Positions 19,766 through 29,735 of a stretch of DNA of 64,000 nt are shown one piece after another (position 1 is the stretch's first letter; every line of letters begins with the position of its first letter). The DNA lies in contig CAVQXP010000004.1 in the NCBI GenBank assembly GCA_963717935.1, positions 1,408,001-1,472,000 of the forward strand, written 5' to 3'. A program made the translations under genes and the position numbers. Below the pieces are notes generated by a model that ran no database searches, was not told the origin of the DNA, and saw only the letters and a program-made list of their open reading frames with translations. The DNA is from Candidatus Eiseniibacteriota bacterium. GTDB lineage: Bacteria > Eisenbacteria > RBG-16-71-46.

Positions 19766-20845
19766 ATGACCGAACTGCAGGGCCGGGACCTGACCAAGAT
19801 CTTCCCTGACGGGACCCGCGCGCTCGACGGGGTCTCCTTCGTGGCGCGCCCCGGGCGCGTGCTGACCCTGCTGGGGCCTTCGGGTTGTGGCAAGTCGACG
19901 CTGCTGCGCATCGTGGCCGGGCTCGACCGCGCCACGTCCGGGACCCTTCGCCTGGACGGCGAGTGTCTTGACGACGTCCCCGCCGGGCGGCGCGGTGTAG
20001 GGCTGGTGTTCCAGAACTACGCCCTCTACCCTCATCTCACCGTGCGGGGCAACCTGTCGCTGGCGCTCGAGACACAGCGGGTCCCGCGTCGGGAGGTGAC
20101 CGCGCGCGTGCGCGAGACCGCTGCGCTGCTCGGCATCCTGGAGCTCCTCGAGCGGCGCCCGGGGCAGCTGTCCGGGGGCCAGCAGCAACGCGTGGCGCTG
20201 GGGCGCGCGCTGGTGCGCAGGCCGCGCCTGTATCTGCTCGACGAGCCGCTCTCGAACCTGGACGCGCTGCTGCGGGAGGGCATGCGGGCCGAGCTGAAGG
20301 CCCTCTTCGCGCGCGTCGGCGCGACGGTGATCTACGTGACGCACGATCAGACCGAGGCGATGAGCCTGTCGGACGACCTGGCCGTGATGCGCTCGGGACG
20401 GATCCTCCAGTGTGGAGCGCCGCTCGAGGTCTACCGGCGGCCAGCCGACGTGTTCGTCGCCACCTTCGTCGGCAGCCCGCGCATGACGGTCTGGCACGGG
20501 CACCGCGATGGAGACGCGCTCGCGTGCCGCGGCGTACGGGTGCCGGTGCCGGCCGGCCTGCAAACCGGGGGCCGGCTCGCCGTGGGCATCCGGCCGGAGG
20601 ACGCCGAGGTCTCGCCCCGTCCCCTGGAGGGAGGGTGGGCGGCGCAGCGCACGGTGATGGAGCCCCTGGGGTCGAGAGTGCTGATCACCGTGAGAGTCGG
20701 GGGCGAGGACGCGCGGGTCCTGGTGGAGCCGGCCGACTGGCCGGAGGCCCTGTGGATGCGCTGGCCACCCGGTCGACTACACTGGTTCGATGCCGAGAGC
20801 GGCGCGCGGCTCGACGCCACGGACCACGGGCGGGAGAGGATCTGA
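19766..20845 (+). CDS. Sugar ABC transporter ATP-binding protein (MalK-like)
   Basis: GPSGCGKST, VFQNYALYPH, LSGGQQQRVALGR, LLDEPLSNLDA, YVTHDQ. Confidence 0.95.
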   Translation: MTELQGRDLTKIFPDGTRALDGVSFVARPGRVLTLLGPSGCGKSTLLRIVAGLDRATSGTLRLDGECLDDVPAGRRGVGLVFQNYALYPHLTVRGNLSLALETQRVPRREVTARVRETAALLGILELLERRPGQLSGGQQQRVALGRALVRRPRLYLLDEPLSNLDALLREGMRAELKALFARVGATVIYVTHDQTEAMSLSDDLAVMRSGRILQCGAPLEVYRRPADVFVATFVGSPRMTVWHGHRDGDALACRGVRVPVPAGLQTGGRLAVGIRPEDAEVSPRPLEGGWAAQRTVMEPLGSRVLITVRVGGEDARVLVEPADWPEALWMRWPPGRLHWFDAESGARLDATDHGRERI

Positions 20846-20846
20846 C

Positions 20847-22127
20847 ATGGTCGAACCCACGATCCTGCGTGAGGACGTCAGGGAGCAACTGGACACCATC
20901 GGCGGGGCCGACATCGTCGTCGGCATCCCGTCTTACAACAACGCCCGCACCATCGCCCACGTCGTCCAGGCGGTGACGGCGGGGCTGGCCAAGTACTTCC
21001 CGACGCGACGCGCCGTGCTGGTCAACTCCGACGGTGGCTCCAAGGACGGCACGCCGGCGCTGGTGGCGAGCGCCGAACTCGGGACGACCCGGGCCATCCT
21101 CCTGACCCAACCGCCGCCGCCGGTCCACAAGGTCATCACGGCGTACCAGGGCCTGCCGGGGAAGGGCAGTGCCTTCCGCACCATCTTCGAGATCGCGCAC
21201 CGCCTGGAGGCCCGCGCCTGCGCGGTCGTCGATTCCGACCTCCGGAGCATCACGCCGGAGTGGCTCCAGCTCCTGCTGGCCCCGGTGACGGATGAGGGCT
21301 TCGACTATGTCTGTCCGCTCTACGCGCGGCACAAGTTCGACGGCACGATCACGAATTCCATCGTCTATCCCCTGGTCCGTGCCCTCTACGGGCGCCGCAT
21401 CCGGCAGCCCATCGGCGGGGACTTCGGCTTCTCGGGGCGGCTGGCCGCGCACTTCCTCCGCCACGACGTCTGGCAGAGCGACGTGGCGCGTTTCGGGATC
21501 GACATCTGGATGACGACCACGGCGCTGGTGGGCGACTTCCGCGTGTGCCAGTCCTACCTGGGCGCGAAGATCCACGACGCGAAGGACCCCGGGGCCCACC
21601 TGAGCACGATGCTCATGCAGGTCACCGGCTCGCTGTTCGCCCAGGTGGAGGCCCACGCACAGCACTGGCTCGGCGTGGAAGGCTCCGAGCCGGTGCCCGA
21701 GTTCGGCTTCCGCTATGAGGTCGGACTCGAGCCGGTCGCCGTGGATGTCGGGCGGATGGTCCGCGCCTACGACCAGGGTGTGCGGGACTTCGTCTCCCTG
21801 TACGCCCAGTTCCTCGACGCGGAGACCCGCCGCGACCTCGAGAGGCTCGCCGGGCAGGCGCCCGGGACGTTCCGATGCCGACGGACCTCTGGGTGCGGAC
21901 GATCTACGCGTTCGCGCTCGCCTACCACCTGCGGCGCCTGAACCCGGAGCACCTGCTGCGAGAGTCTCACGCCGCTCTACCTCGGGCGCACGGCGTCCTG
22001 GGTCAACCAGGCCGCCGACTACGGGGCCGAGGAAGTGGAAGTCGAGCTGAACGCGCTGTGCGAGCGCTTCGAGGCGCTCAAACCACATCTCGCCGACGCC
22101 TGGCGGGAAGGGAGGATGCCATCATGA
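20847..22127 (+). CDS. GT-A glycosyltransferase, glucosylglycerate/mannosylglycerate synthase-like (frameshifts near 21875 and 21960)
   Basis: VGIPSYNNA, NSDGGSKDGT, GKGSAF, VDSD, DGTITN, RQPIGGDFG, FGIDIWMTT, KIHDAKDP; the C-terminus rejoins as ...LTPLYLGRTASW...WREGRMPS*. Confidence 0.75.
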
Positions 22128-22828
22128 TTGCCGTGACGATGAGTTCGCTGTGGGACCCGATCACCCGGTTTCTGCAGCGGAGCGAGGGCCTGCTGCCCGT
22201 GTTGCTGGCCATCGCCATCGTGCTGGTGGCCGGCCTGCTGCTGGCCTGGCTGGCCGACGCGCTGTTGCGCTGGGTCCTGAGGGCCGCTGGTTTCGACCGC
22301 ATCGCGCACCGCCCGCGCGTGTCGGATTCGCTGCGCCGCGCCGGCCTGCGGCAGCAGCCGTCCGTGCTGGTGGGGCAGCTGGTCCGCTGGCTGATCGTGA
22401 TCCTGACGCTGCTCGGCGCTCTGTCGATCCTGAGCGCCGAGGCGACCGATGTCGTGCTCGCTGCGATGGTGACCTACCTGCCGCGACTCGTCGCGGGCTT
22501 GCTCCTGCTCGTGGCCGGCTACGCCGTGAGCATCTTCGCGGGGCGCAGCGTCCTGATCTGGTCGGTCAACGCGCGGGTCCAGGGTGCGCGCTGGCTGGCC
22601 GGCGGCGTGCGGCTGCTGGTGGGCATCTTCTTCGCCGCGCTGGCACTGGAGAACCTGGGGTTCGGGCGTGACATCGCGCTGGTGGTGCTGGCGATCCTGC
22701 TCGGCGGGGGCGTGCTCGCAGCCGCCCTGGCCTATGGGCTGGCCGGCAAGGACCTCGCCCGCCAGTCCCTCGATCGCATGACTCGCGAGGCCCGTGGCGA
22801 GGATGACGAGACGCTGTCCCACCTCTAG
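22124..22828 (+). CDS. CmpX-like / MscS TM-helix-repeat membrane protein (copy 2)
   Basis: 234 aa; YLPRLVAGLLLL, ALALENLGFG, AAALAYGLAGKDLA; ATGA overlap with the upstream glycosyltransferase. Confidence 0.8.
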   Translation: MIAVTMSSLWDPITRFLQRSEGLLPVLLAIAIVLVAGLLLAWLADALLRWVLRAAGFDRIAHRPRVSDSLRRAGLRQQPSVLVGQLVRWLIVILTLLGALSILSAEATDVVLAAMVTYLPRLVAGLLLLVAGYAVSIFAGRSVLIWSVNARVQGARWLAGGVRLLVGIFFAALALENLGFGRDIALVVLAILLGGGVLAAALAYGLAGKDLARQSLDRMTREARGEDDETLSHL

Positions 22829-22843
22829 TCCGGAGGTCGCGCC

Positions 22844-24054
22844 ATGAGCGATTTCTTCCAGAACGGCGTCATCACGACGCTGCACCGGCTCGGCTCGGCT
22901 CCGCCCGACAAGATCGAGGCGGAACTGCGTCTGCACAGCCGCACCAACCCGGTCACCCTGATCATCCCGTGCCTCATCACCGAGCTCGAGCGGCACGCGA
23001 TTCGCAAGATCGTGGAGGAGTTGACGAAGGTCGACTACCTGGACGAGATCGTGATCCCGATCGGGCGGGCGGACCGGTCATCAGTTCGAGTATGCCCGCC
23101 GCTTCTTCGCGCCGCTGGGATCGCGTTGCCGGCTCGATCTGGATCGAAGGCGAGAGGGTCCAGGACTTCATCCGGCTGCTGCTCGACAACCGGCTCGACA
23201 TCGGGCCCCCCGGCAAGGGGCGCGCCACCTGGCTCTCCATCGGCTACGTGCTGGCCGGCAATCGCAGCAAGGCCATCGCGCTCCACGACGCGGACATCGT
23301 TTCCTTCGATCGGTCGCTGGTCGGCCGGCTCTGCTACCCGCTGGTGCATCCCAGTCTCGGCTACGAGTACTCGAAGGGCTACTACGCCCGCGTGACCGAT
23401 CGCCTGCACGGACGGGTCACGCGGCTGTTCCTCACGCCGCTGGTCCGGTCGCTGATCCAGGTCGTCGGATCGGTGCCCTTCCTGCGATACCTCGACAGCT
23501 TCCGCTACCCTCTGTCGGGGGAGTTCGCGATGCATGCGGACCTCGCCCGCTACGTCCGCATCCCGGGGGACTGGGGACTGGAGATCGGGATGCTCGCCGA
23601 GGTCTACCGGAACACCTCCCTGCGCCGGGTCTGTCAGGTGGACGTGGCCGAGAACTACGAGCACAAACACCAGGCCCTCTCGCAGGACGATGCTTCGGGC
23701 GGCCTCAACCGCATGTCGGGGGACATCTGCAAGTCGGTGCTGCGGACGCTGGCCATGGAGGGAGTGGTCTTCGGGCCGGGGTTCTACACCACGCTCAAGG
23801 TGACCTACCTGCGGCACGCCCAGGACGCCATCCGCAGCTACCACGACGATGCGGTGACCAATGGTCTGCTGTTCGACCGCCACTCCGAGACGATGGCGGT
23901 GGAGGTGTTCCTCAACGCCCTCGAGCGGGGCTGCGAGGAGTTCGAGCGGGCCCCGCTGGCGCTGACCGGGCTGCCCAACTGGAACCGGGTCACGTCCGCG
24001 ATCCCGGACTTCCTCCCGCGCTATCGCGAGGCGATCGATGCCGACAACGCCTAG
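22844..24054 (+). CDS. gpgS: Glucosyl-3-phosphoglycerate synthase-like glycosyltransferase (frameshifted near 23080-23140)
   Basis: MSDFFQNGVITTLH N-terminus, GKGRATW, ALHDADI, KGYYARV...GRVTRL, FRYPLSGEF, DWGLEIG, YEHKHQ, PNWNRV. Confidence 0.8.
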
Positions 24055-24897
24055 CCCGCGCCCCGCTCCGGGCCTGGTGGTGTTCACCGACCTGGACGGG
24101 ACGCTGCTCCGCCACGAGGACTACGATTGGTCCGCGGCGCGGGAGGCCCTGGCCGAGCTGGCGCGGCGCCGCGTCCCGCTGGTGATCGCGAGCAGCAAGA
24201 CGCGCGCCGAGATCGAGGCATGGCGACGCCGGATCGGGAATCAGGATCCATTCATCAGCGAGAACGGAGGCGCGCTCTACGTGCCGCCCGGCTCGGTGCC
24301 GCGGCCCGATCCCGGGGAGCGTGCCCGCGGAAGGGTATCTGCGCGTCGAGTTCGGCACGCCGTACGCCCGTCTGCGCGATGCCCTGAAGCTCCTGGCCCG
24401 CGACCTCGGGGTCGGCATGAAGGGATTCGGCGACATGGAAGCCGGCGAGATCGCGCGCCTGACCGGGCTGTCCGGCGAGGACCTCGATCTCGCCCGGCGC
24501 GGGAGTACGACGAGCCCTTCGTGCCGGAAGGCCCGTGGCGCGGCGCAGGAGGAGGCCCGACTGGAGGAGATGGCCGGCGCGCTCGGCCTGCGGGTGACGC
24601 GCGGCGGCCGCTTCCACCACCTGATCGGCCCGAACAGCAAGGGCGAGGCGGCCCGTCTCCTGATGTCGGGCTACCGGGCGGGCAGCGAGTCCGTCGCGTC
24701 GCTCGGTCTGGGCGACGGTCCCAACGATCTGGAGCTGCTGCTGGCCGTGGACCACCCGGTCGTGGTGGCCCGTCCCGACGGCACGCACGCGCCCGAGCTG
24801 CGGGCCGGGACTGCCGCCGCACGCGCACTTCACTCGCGGAGCGGGCCCGGAGGGGTTCGCGGAGGCGGTGCTCGATTGTCTGGCGCGGCTCCCGTAG
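24038..24897 (+). CDS. Glucosyl/mannosyl-3-phosphoglycerate phosphatase (HAD IIB; frameshifted)
   Basis: FTDLDGTLL, SSKTRAE, FISENGG, REYDEPF, TRGGRFHH, KGEA, LGDGPNDL. Confidence 0.85.
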
Positions 24898-24916
24898 CAC
24901 CTCCTCGCCGATCGCG

Positions 24917-26251
24917 CTATGGGTAGGCGAGCGCGACGACCAGGTCGTTGACGTTGGTCCCGCTCGGGCCCGTGACCCACAGGTCCCCGAGGGCCTCGAA
25001 GAAGGGCGCGGTGTCGCTGTCGGCGAGGGCCTGGTGCGCCGAGCGGCCGAGGGCCGCGGCGCGCGCCAGCGAGTCCCCCGTGGCGATGGCCCCCGCCGCT
25101 CCGCTCGATCCGTCCGCTCCGTCGGTGGCGAAGCTGAAGACGGCTGCGCGCGGGCAGCCGTCGAGCGCCAGCGCGGCACCGAGCGCCAGCTCCAGGTTGC
25201 GCCCTCCGCGTCCGTGCCCGCGCACCGTCACGGTCGTCTCGCCTCCCAGCACCAGGCAACCCGGCGGGGGGAACGGGAGCGCGCTCTCGCGCATGCCACG
25301 GGCGAGGCCGCCGACCACGTGCCCGACCTCCCGCGCCTCGCCCTGCAGCCGATCGGTCAGCAACAGCGTGCGAAAGCCTCTGGCCTCGGCCTCGGCGGAC
25401 CAGGGCCAGGGCGGCGATCCGGTTGGACCCCACGACCCGCGTGATGCGTCGGCCGTCCCGGACCGCGGGGGTCGGCTGCGGGCGGCCTGCCGCAGGGCCT
25501 CCGTCAGCGCCGGGAAGCGCGCCGCCAGGGCTGGCGTCGTTCGAGCACCTCGAGGGCCTCGCGGGGGCCCGTCGGCGAATCGACCGTCGGGCCCGACGCG
25601 ATGGCCTCGAGGCGGTCCCCGACCACGTCGGAGAGCAGCAGCGCCACGACCCGCGCGGGCGCGGCCGCGCGCGCCAGGCCACCGCCCTTGATGAGCGAGA
25701 GGGCGCGGCGGACGGTGTTGAGTTCCACGATGTCGGCCCCCGCGTGTTGCAGGGCCTCGGTGGCGCCGCGCAGGTCCGCGATGGCGACGCCGGGGCGCAA
25801 TGCCTCGAAGAGCGCCGAGCCGCCGCCGGAGACCAGCACGACCACGATGTCGTCGGGCCCCGCGTCGCGCAGCAGGTCGAGCGCCGCCGTGCCCGCCCGG
25901 AGGCTGCCTTCGTCGGGAAGCGGATGCCCGGCCCCGTAGAAGCCGAGCGACGGCGGCCAGTCCCCCTGCAGGTCGGCGCGATGCGGGTGGGCCACGACGC
26001 CGCCGGTCAGCCGGGACGCCGAGCGCGGCGACGGCGGCCCGCGCCATGCCGGGCGATGCCTTTCCGAAGGCCACCAGCCACACGCGCGCGCCAGGTCGGA
26101 GCTCGAGCGTCTGGTCGCCGACATGGAGCACGCTGCCCTCGAGACGCAGCGCCCGCGTCACGGCGGTGGCGGGGTCCGCGGCCGCCAGCGCCGCGCCGTG
26201 CAGCGCGCGCAGGTCATCGTGAAGCTCGGACCATGACGGAACCCTCGTCAT
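24917..26251 (-). CDS. Class II (MOFRL/TtuD-type) glycerate kinase (frameshifted)
   Basis: FGKAS, AGHPLPD, VSGGGSAL, IKGGGL, SDVVGD...IASGPT, GGETTV, GGRNLE, TDGADG, TGPSGTNVND. Confidence 0.88.
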   Translation of the reverse strand: MTRVPSWSELHDDLRALHGAALAAADPATAVTRALRLEGSVLHVGDQTLELRPGARVWLVAFGKASPGMARAAVAALGVPADRRRRGPPASRRPAGGLAAVARLLRGRASASRRRQPPGGHGGARPAARRGARRHRGRAGLRRRLGALRGIAPRRRHRGPARRHRGPATRGGRHRGTQHRPPRPLAHQGRWPGARGRARAGRGAAALRRGRGPPRGHRVGPDGRFADGPPRGPRGARTTPALAARFPALTEALRQAARSRPPRSGTADASRGSWGPTGSPPWPWSAEAEARGFRTLLLTDRLQGEAREVGHVVGGLARGMRESALPFPPPGCLVLGGETTVTVRGHGRGGRNLELALGAALALDGCPRAAVFSFATDGADGSSGAAGAIATGDSLARAAALGRSAHQALADSDTAPFFEALGDLWVTGPSGTNVNDLVVALAYP

Positions 26252-26505
26252 CCCTCCTCCTCGCGTGCAGCGCGGACGGCCCCGGACCTCCGCATGTTGG
26301 CGCATCGCGGGCGTCGAATCCAGCCGGCAGTCGAAGCGCGATGGGAGACCGGCAGGTGCGGGCCCGGTGGGGGAGAGGCCCCCGGCCAGCGGGGTGACGT
26401 AGGAGCGCTCCGCGTCCCGTGCTAGGCTCCCCCGAGTGTGTGTCAGGATTGGGAATCGCGGCGACGCGACCGGCAGTCGCAGGTCCGCTGCATGGGGAGG
26501 TCCCG

Positions 26506-27739
26506 ATGAGCTACCGGTTGATCCAGGTGGAGGACTACGAGCCCCTCGTCGGGGCCAAGACGATCGAGCGCGTCCTGTCCAAGGCCGCGGCACTGCGCGG
26601 CTTCCATGTGACCAACATCAACTCCACGTACTACGGAGGCGGGGTCGCCGAGTTGCTCTCGTCGATGACCCTGCTGATGAACGGCCTCGGCATCGAGACG
26701 GGCTGGCGAGTCCTCCAGGGTTCGCCGGACTTCTTCGGGATCACGAAGAAGATGCACAATGCCCTGCAGGGGATGCCGATCAACTTCTCGCGGGTCAAAC
26801 GGGAGATCTACGAGAACGTGGTCTTCGAGAATTCGGTCCGCAACCACCTCGATCACGACCTGGTCATCGTTCACGACCCGCAGCCGCTCCCGCTCATCTG
26901 CCACTACAAGAAGAGGAGCCCGTGGGTCTGGCGCTGCCATATCGATCTCTCCAGCCCGCACCGGGAGCTGTGGAGCTACCTGGTCCCCTTCGTGGAGAAG
27001 TACGACGCCGTGATCTTCAGCATTCCAGAATATGCTCAGACGTTGAAGACCCCGCAGATCTTCTTCATGCCGGCCATCGATCCCTTCACGACGAAGAACC
27101 GGCAACTGCGTGACGAGGAGATGGACGAGCGCCTGGCCCACTATGGGATTCCGACCGACCTGCCGCTCGTGGTGCAGGTCTCCCGTTTCGATCCGTGGAA
27201 GGACCCGAAGGGCGTCATCGAGGCCTTCAGGATCGCCAGAAAGGAAGTGGACTGCACGCTCGTCCTGCTCGGTAACTTCGCCTCGGACGATCCCGAGGGG
27301 GCCGAGATCTACGAGTCGCTGGTCCAGTGCCGCGACGAGCGCATCCTGGTCCTCCCGCACGGCGATGACACCGCGCTGGTGAACACGCTTGCAGCGGCGG
27401 GCGGCGGTGGTCCTGCAGAAGTCCACTCGAGAGGGTTTCGGCCTGACCGTCACCGAAGCCATGTGGAAGGGCACGCCCGTGATCGGCGGCAACGTGGGGG
27501 GGATCCTCCACCAGATCGAAGACGGGGTGAACGGTTTCCTGGTGTCCTCGATCGAGGAAGCCGCGCGACGGATGGTCCAGCTCTTGAAGGATCCCGGGCT
27601 CCGCGAGCGGATGGGCGAGAGGGCCCACGAGACCGTGGCCCAACGCTTCTTGCTCACGCGCTACCTCGAGCAGTACCTGGACCTGTTCAACTCGTTCGAG
27701 GTCAGCTTCTCCCTGACCGGCCGGCCGGCCGTCTCGTGA
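26506..27739 (+). CDS. treT: Trehalose synthase TreT-like GT4 glycosyltransferase (copy 2; one extra base near 27389)
   Basis: NSTYYGGGVAELL, TKKMHNALQG, VHDPQPLPL, WRCHID, QVSRFDPWKDP, QKSTREGFGLTVTEAMWK; SD GGAGG. Confidence 0.9.
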
Positions 27740-27851
27740 GTGCGATCCCTCGTCGGCGGGGGAGCGCGGGCAGTCGGCCGGGGGACGACCATCGACCTGG
27801 ATCGGACCACCATCCATCCCGGCGGATGATCCGAGGCCGAGGAGAAGACCG

Positions 27852-29735
27852 GTGACCTGGGACGCGACGCTGGGCGCCGTGCCCGGCAAAGGGGGCACGC
27901 GGTTCTGCGTGTGGGCGCCGGATGCCCACGCCGTCGAGGTCGTGCTGGAGCGCCACCCGGGTGCCGCCGCTCGCACTCGGCTGCAGTCGGCTGGCGACGG
28001 CCGCTTCGAGATGTTCGTGCCGGGAATCCGGGCCGGTGACCGCTATCGGCTCTCGCTCGACGGTGGGCCCCCGCTCCCCGATCCCGTGTCCCGCCGGCAG
28101 CCCGAGGGCGTGCACGGCTCCTCGGAGGTCGTCGATCCGGGCCGGTTCCGCTGGACGGACCAGGGCTGGCGAGGCGTCGCGCTCGAGGATCTCGTCCTCT
28201 ACGAGCTCCATGTCGGCACCTTCACGCCCGAGGGGACGTTCGCGGCCGCCGCCGGCCGGCTGGCGGATCTCCGCGAGTTGGGTGTGACGGGGGTCGAGTT
28301 GATGCCCGTGGCCGATTTCCCGGGCGAGAGAAACTGGGGGTACGACGGAGCCGCGCTCTTCGCGCCAGCGCACTGCTACGGTGCGCCGGACGATCTCCGG
28401 GGCCTGGTGGACGCCGCGCACGGGCTCGGTCTCGCGGTGTACCTCGACGTCGTCTACAACCACTTCGGCCCCGATGGCGCCTACGCCGCCGCCTTCAGCC
28501 GCCGCGTCTTCTCGTCTTCGCACCGGAGTCCCTGGGGCGCCGGCATCAACCTGGACGGCCCCGGCAGCGCCGGGGCGCGCGCGTTCTTCATCGAGAATGC
28601 CCTGCATTGGATTCACGAGTACCACCTGGACGGTCTGCGCCTCGACGCGACGCACGTCCTGGTGGACTGTGGCGAGCGCCATTTCCTGGCCGAACTCGCG
28701 GCTCGCGTGCACGACGAGGTCAGGGACCGAACGGTGCTGCTGATCGCCGAGGACTCGCGGAACCTCGCGTGCGTGGTGCGTCCCGCCCGCCAGGGTGGCT
28801 GGGACTTCGATGCCGTGTGGTCCGACGACCTCCACCACCACCTGCGGCGGATGCTGGCCGGGGACGACGAAGGCTATTTCGCGGACTTCAGCGGCACGGC
28901 GGCCGACGTGGCCACCACCCTGCGTCAGGGCTGGTTCTTCACCGGACAGCACTCCTCGCACAAGGGCGGGCCACGGGGCACGGATCCAGCCGGCATTCCA
29001 CCGCGTCGCTTCGTCGTCTGCATCCAGAACCACGACCAGGTAGGCAATCGCGCGCTGGGGGAGAGACTCCATCACCAGGTGGAGCTCCCCGCGTATCGGG
29101 CGGCCACGGTGCTCCTGCTGTGCGCCCCACAGACCCCGCTGCTCTTCATGGGGCAGGAGTGGGCCGTGGGCACGCCCTTTCGTTTCTTCACGGACCACTC
29201 GCCGGACCTCGGCCGGCTGGTCACCGAAGGCCGGCGCGAGGAGTTCCGATGCTTCTCCTCCTTCTCGAGCCCCGAGGCGCGCGCGCGCATCCCGGACCCG
29301 CAGTCCCGGACGACGTTCGAGGACAGCCGCCTGCGCTGGGAGGAGCGCGAGCGCGAGCCCCACGCGTCCGTCCTGCGCCTGAATCGCGCGCTGCTCGCGC
29401 TCCGCCGCGCCGAGCCGGCGCTGCGCGACGCGCGCGCGTGCGGCGTCGAAGTCTCGGCCGCCGATGCCGGCACGCTCCTGCTGCGGCGCGAGGCCGAGAG
29501 CGGCGCGTCGCTCGTCGTCGTCGTGCGACTGCTCGGCTCCGGCACCGTCGAGATCCCGGCGTCCGCGTTGCGCGGGGCGGCACCGGGTGCCTGGACGCCG
29601 GTCCTGAGCACCGAGGACCGGGAGCACTCGCCCGACCCTCTGCCGATCGGGCTCGATTTGGCCGGGGGGGCTCTGCAGGTGCGCTTTGCGCGACCGGGGG
29701 CCGTGGTGCTCAAGGCTCCGGGAGGCCCCGCATGA
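27852..29735 (+). CDS. treZ: Malto-oligosyltrehalose trehalohydrolase (GH13)
   Basis: YELHVGTFT, NWGYDG, DVVYNHFGP, DGLRLDATH, LIAED, QNHDQVGNRA, LFMGQEW. Confidence 0.95.
   Translation: MTWDATLGAVPGKGGTRFCVWAPDAHAVEVVLERHPGAAARTRLQSAGDGRFEMFVPGIRAGDRYRLSLDGGPPLPDPVSRRQPEGVHGSSEVVDPGRFRWTDQGWRGVALEDLVLYELHVGTFTPEGTFAAAAGRLADLRELGVTGVELMPVADFPGERNWGYDGAALFAPAHCYGAPDDLRGLVDAAHGLGLAVYLDVVYNHFGPDGAYAAAFSRRVFSSSHRSPWGAGINLDGPGSAGARAFFIENALHWIHEYHLDGLRLDATHVLVDCGERHFLAELAARVHDEVRDRTVLLIAEDSRNLACVVRPARQGGWDFDAVWSDDLHHHLRRMLAGDDEGYFADFSGTAADVATTLRQGWFFTGQHSSHKGGPRGTDPAGIPPRRFVVCIQNHDQVGNRALGERLHHQVELPAYRAATVLLLCAPQTPLLFMGQEWAVGTPFRFFTDHSPDLGRLVTEGRREEFRCFSSFSSPEARARIPDPQSRTTFEDSRLRWEEREREPHASVLRLNRALLALRRAEPALRDARACGVEVSAADAGTLLLRREAESGASLVVVVRLLGSGTVEIPASALRGAAPGAWTPVLSTEDREHSPDPLPIGLDLAGGALQVRFARPGAVVLKAPGGPA

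Noticed and set aside
28607..29731. N-terminal extension of TreY (1361-aa ORF) suggesting a TreZ-TreY fusion
   Set aside because: The extension is an off-frame reading of treZ. treY starts at 29732 with SD GGAGG and an ATGA overlap.
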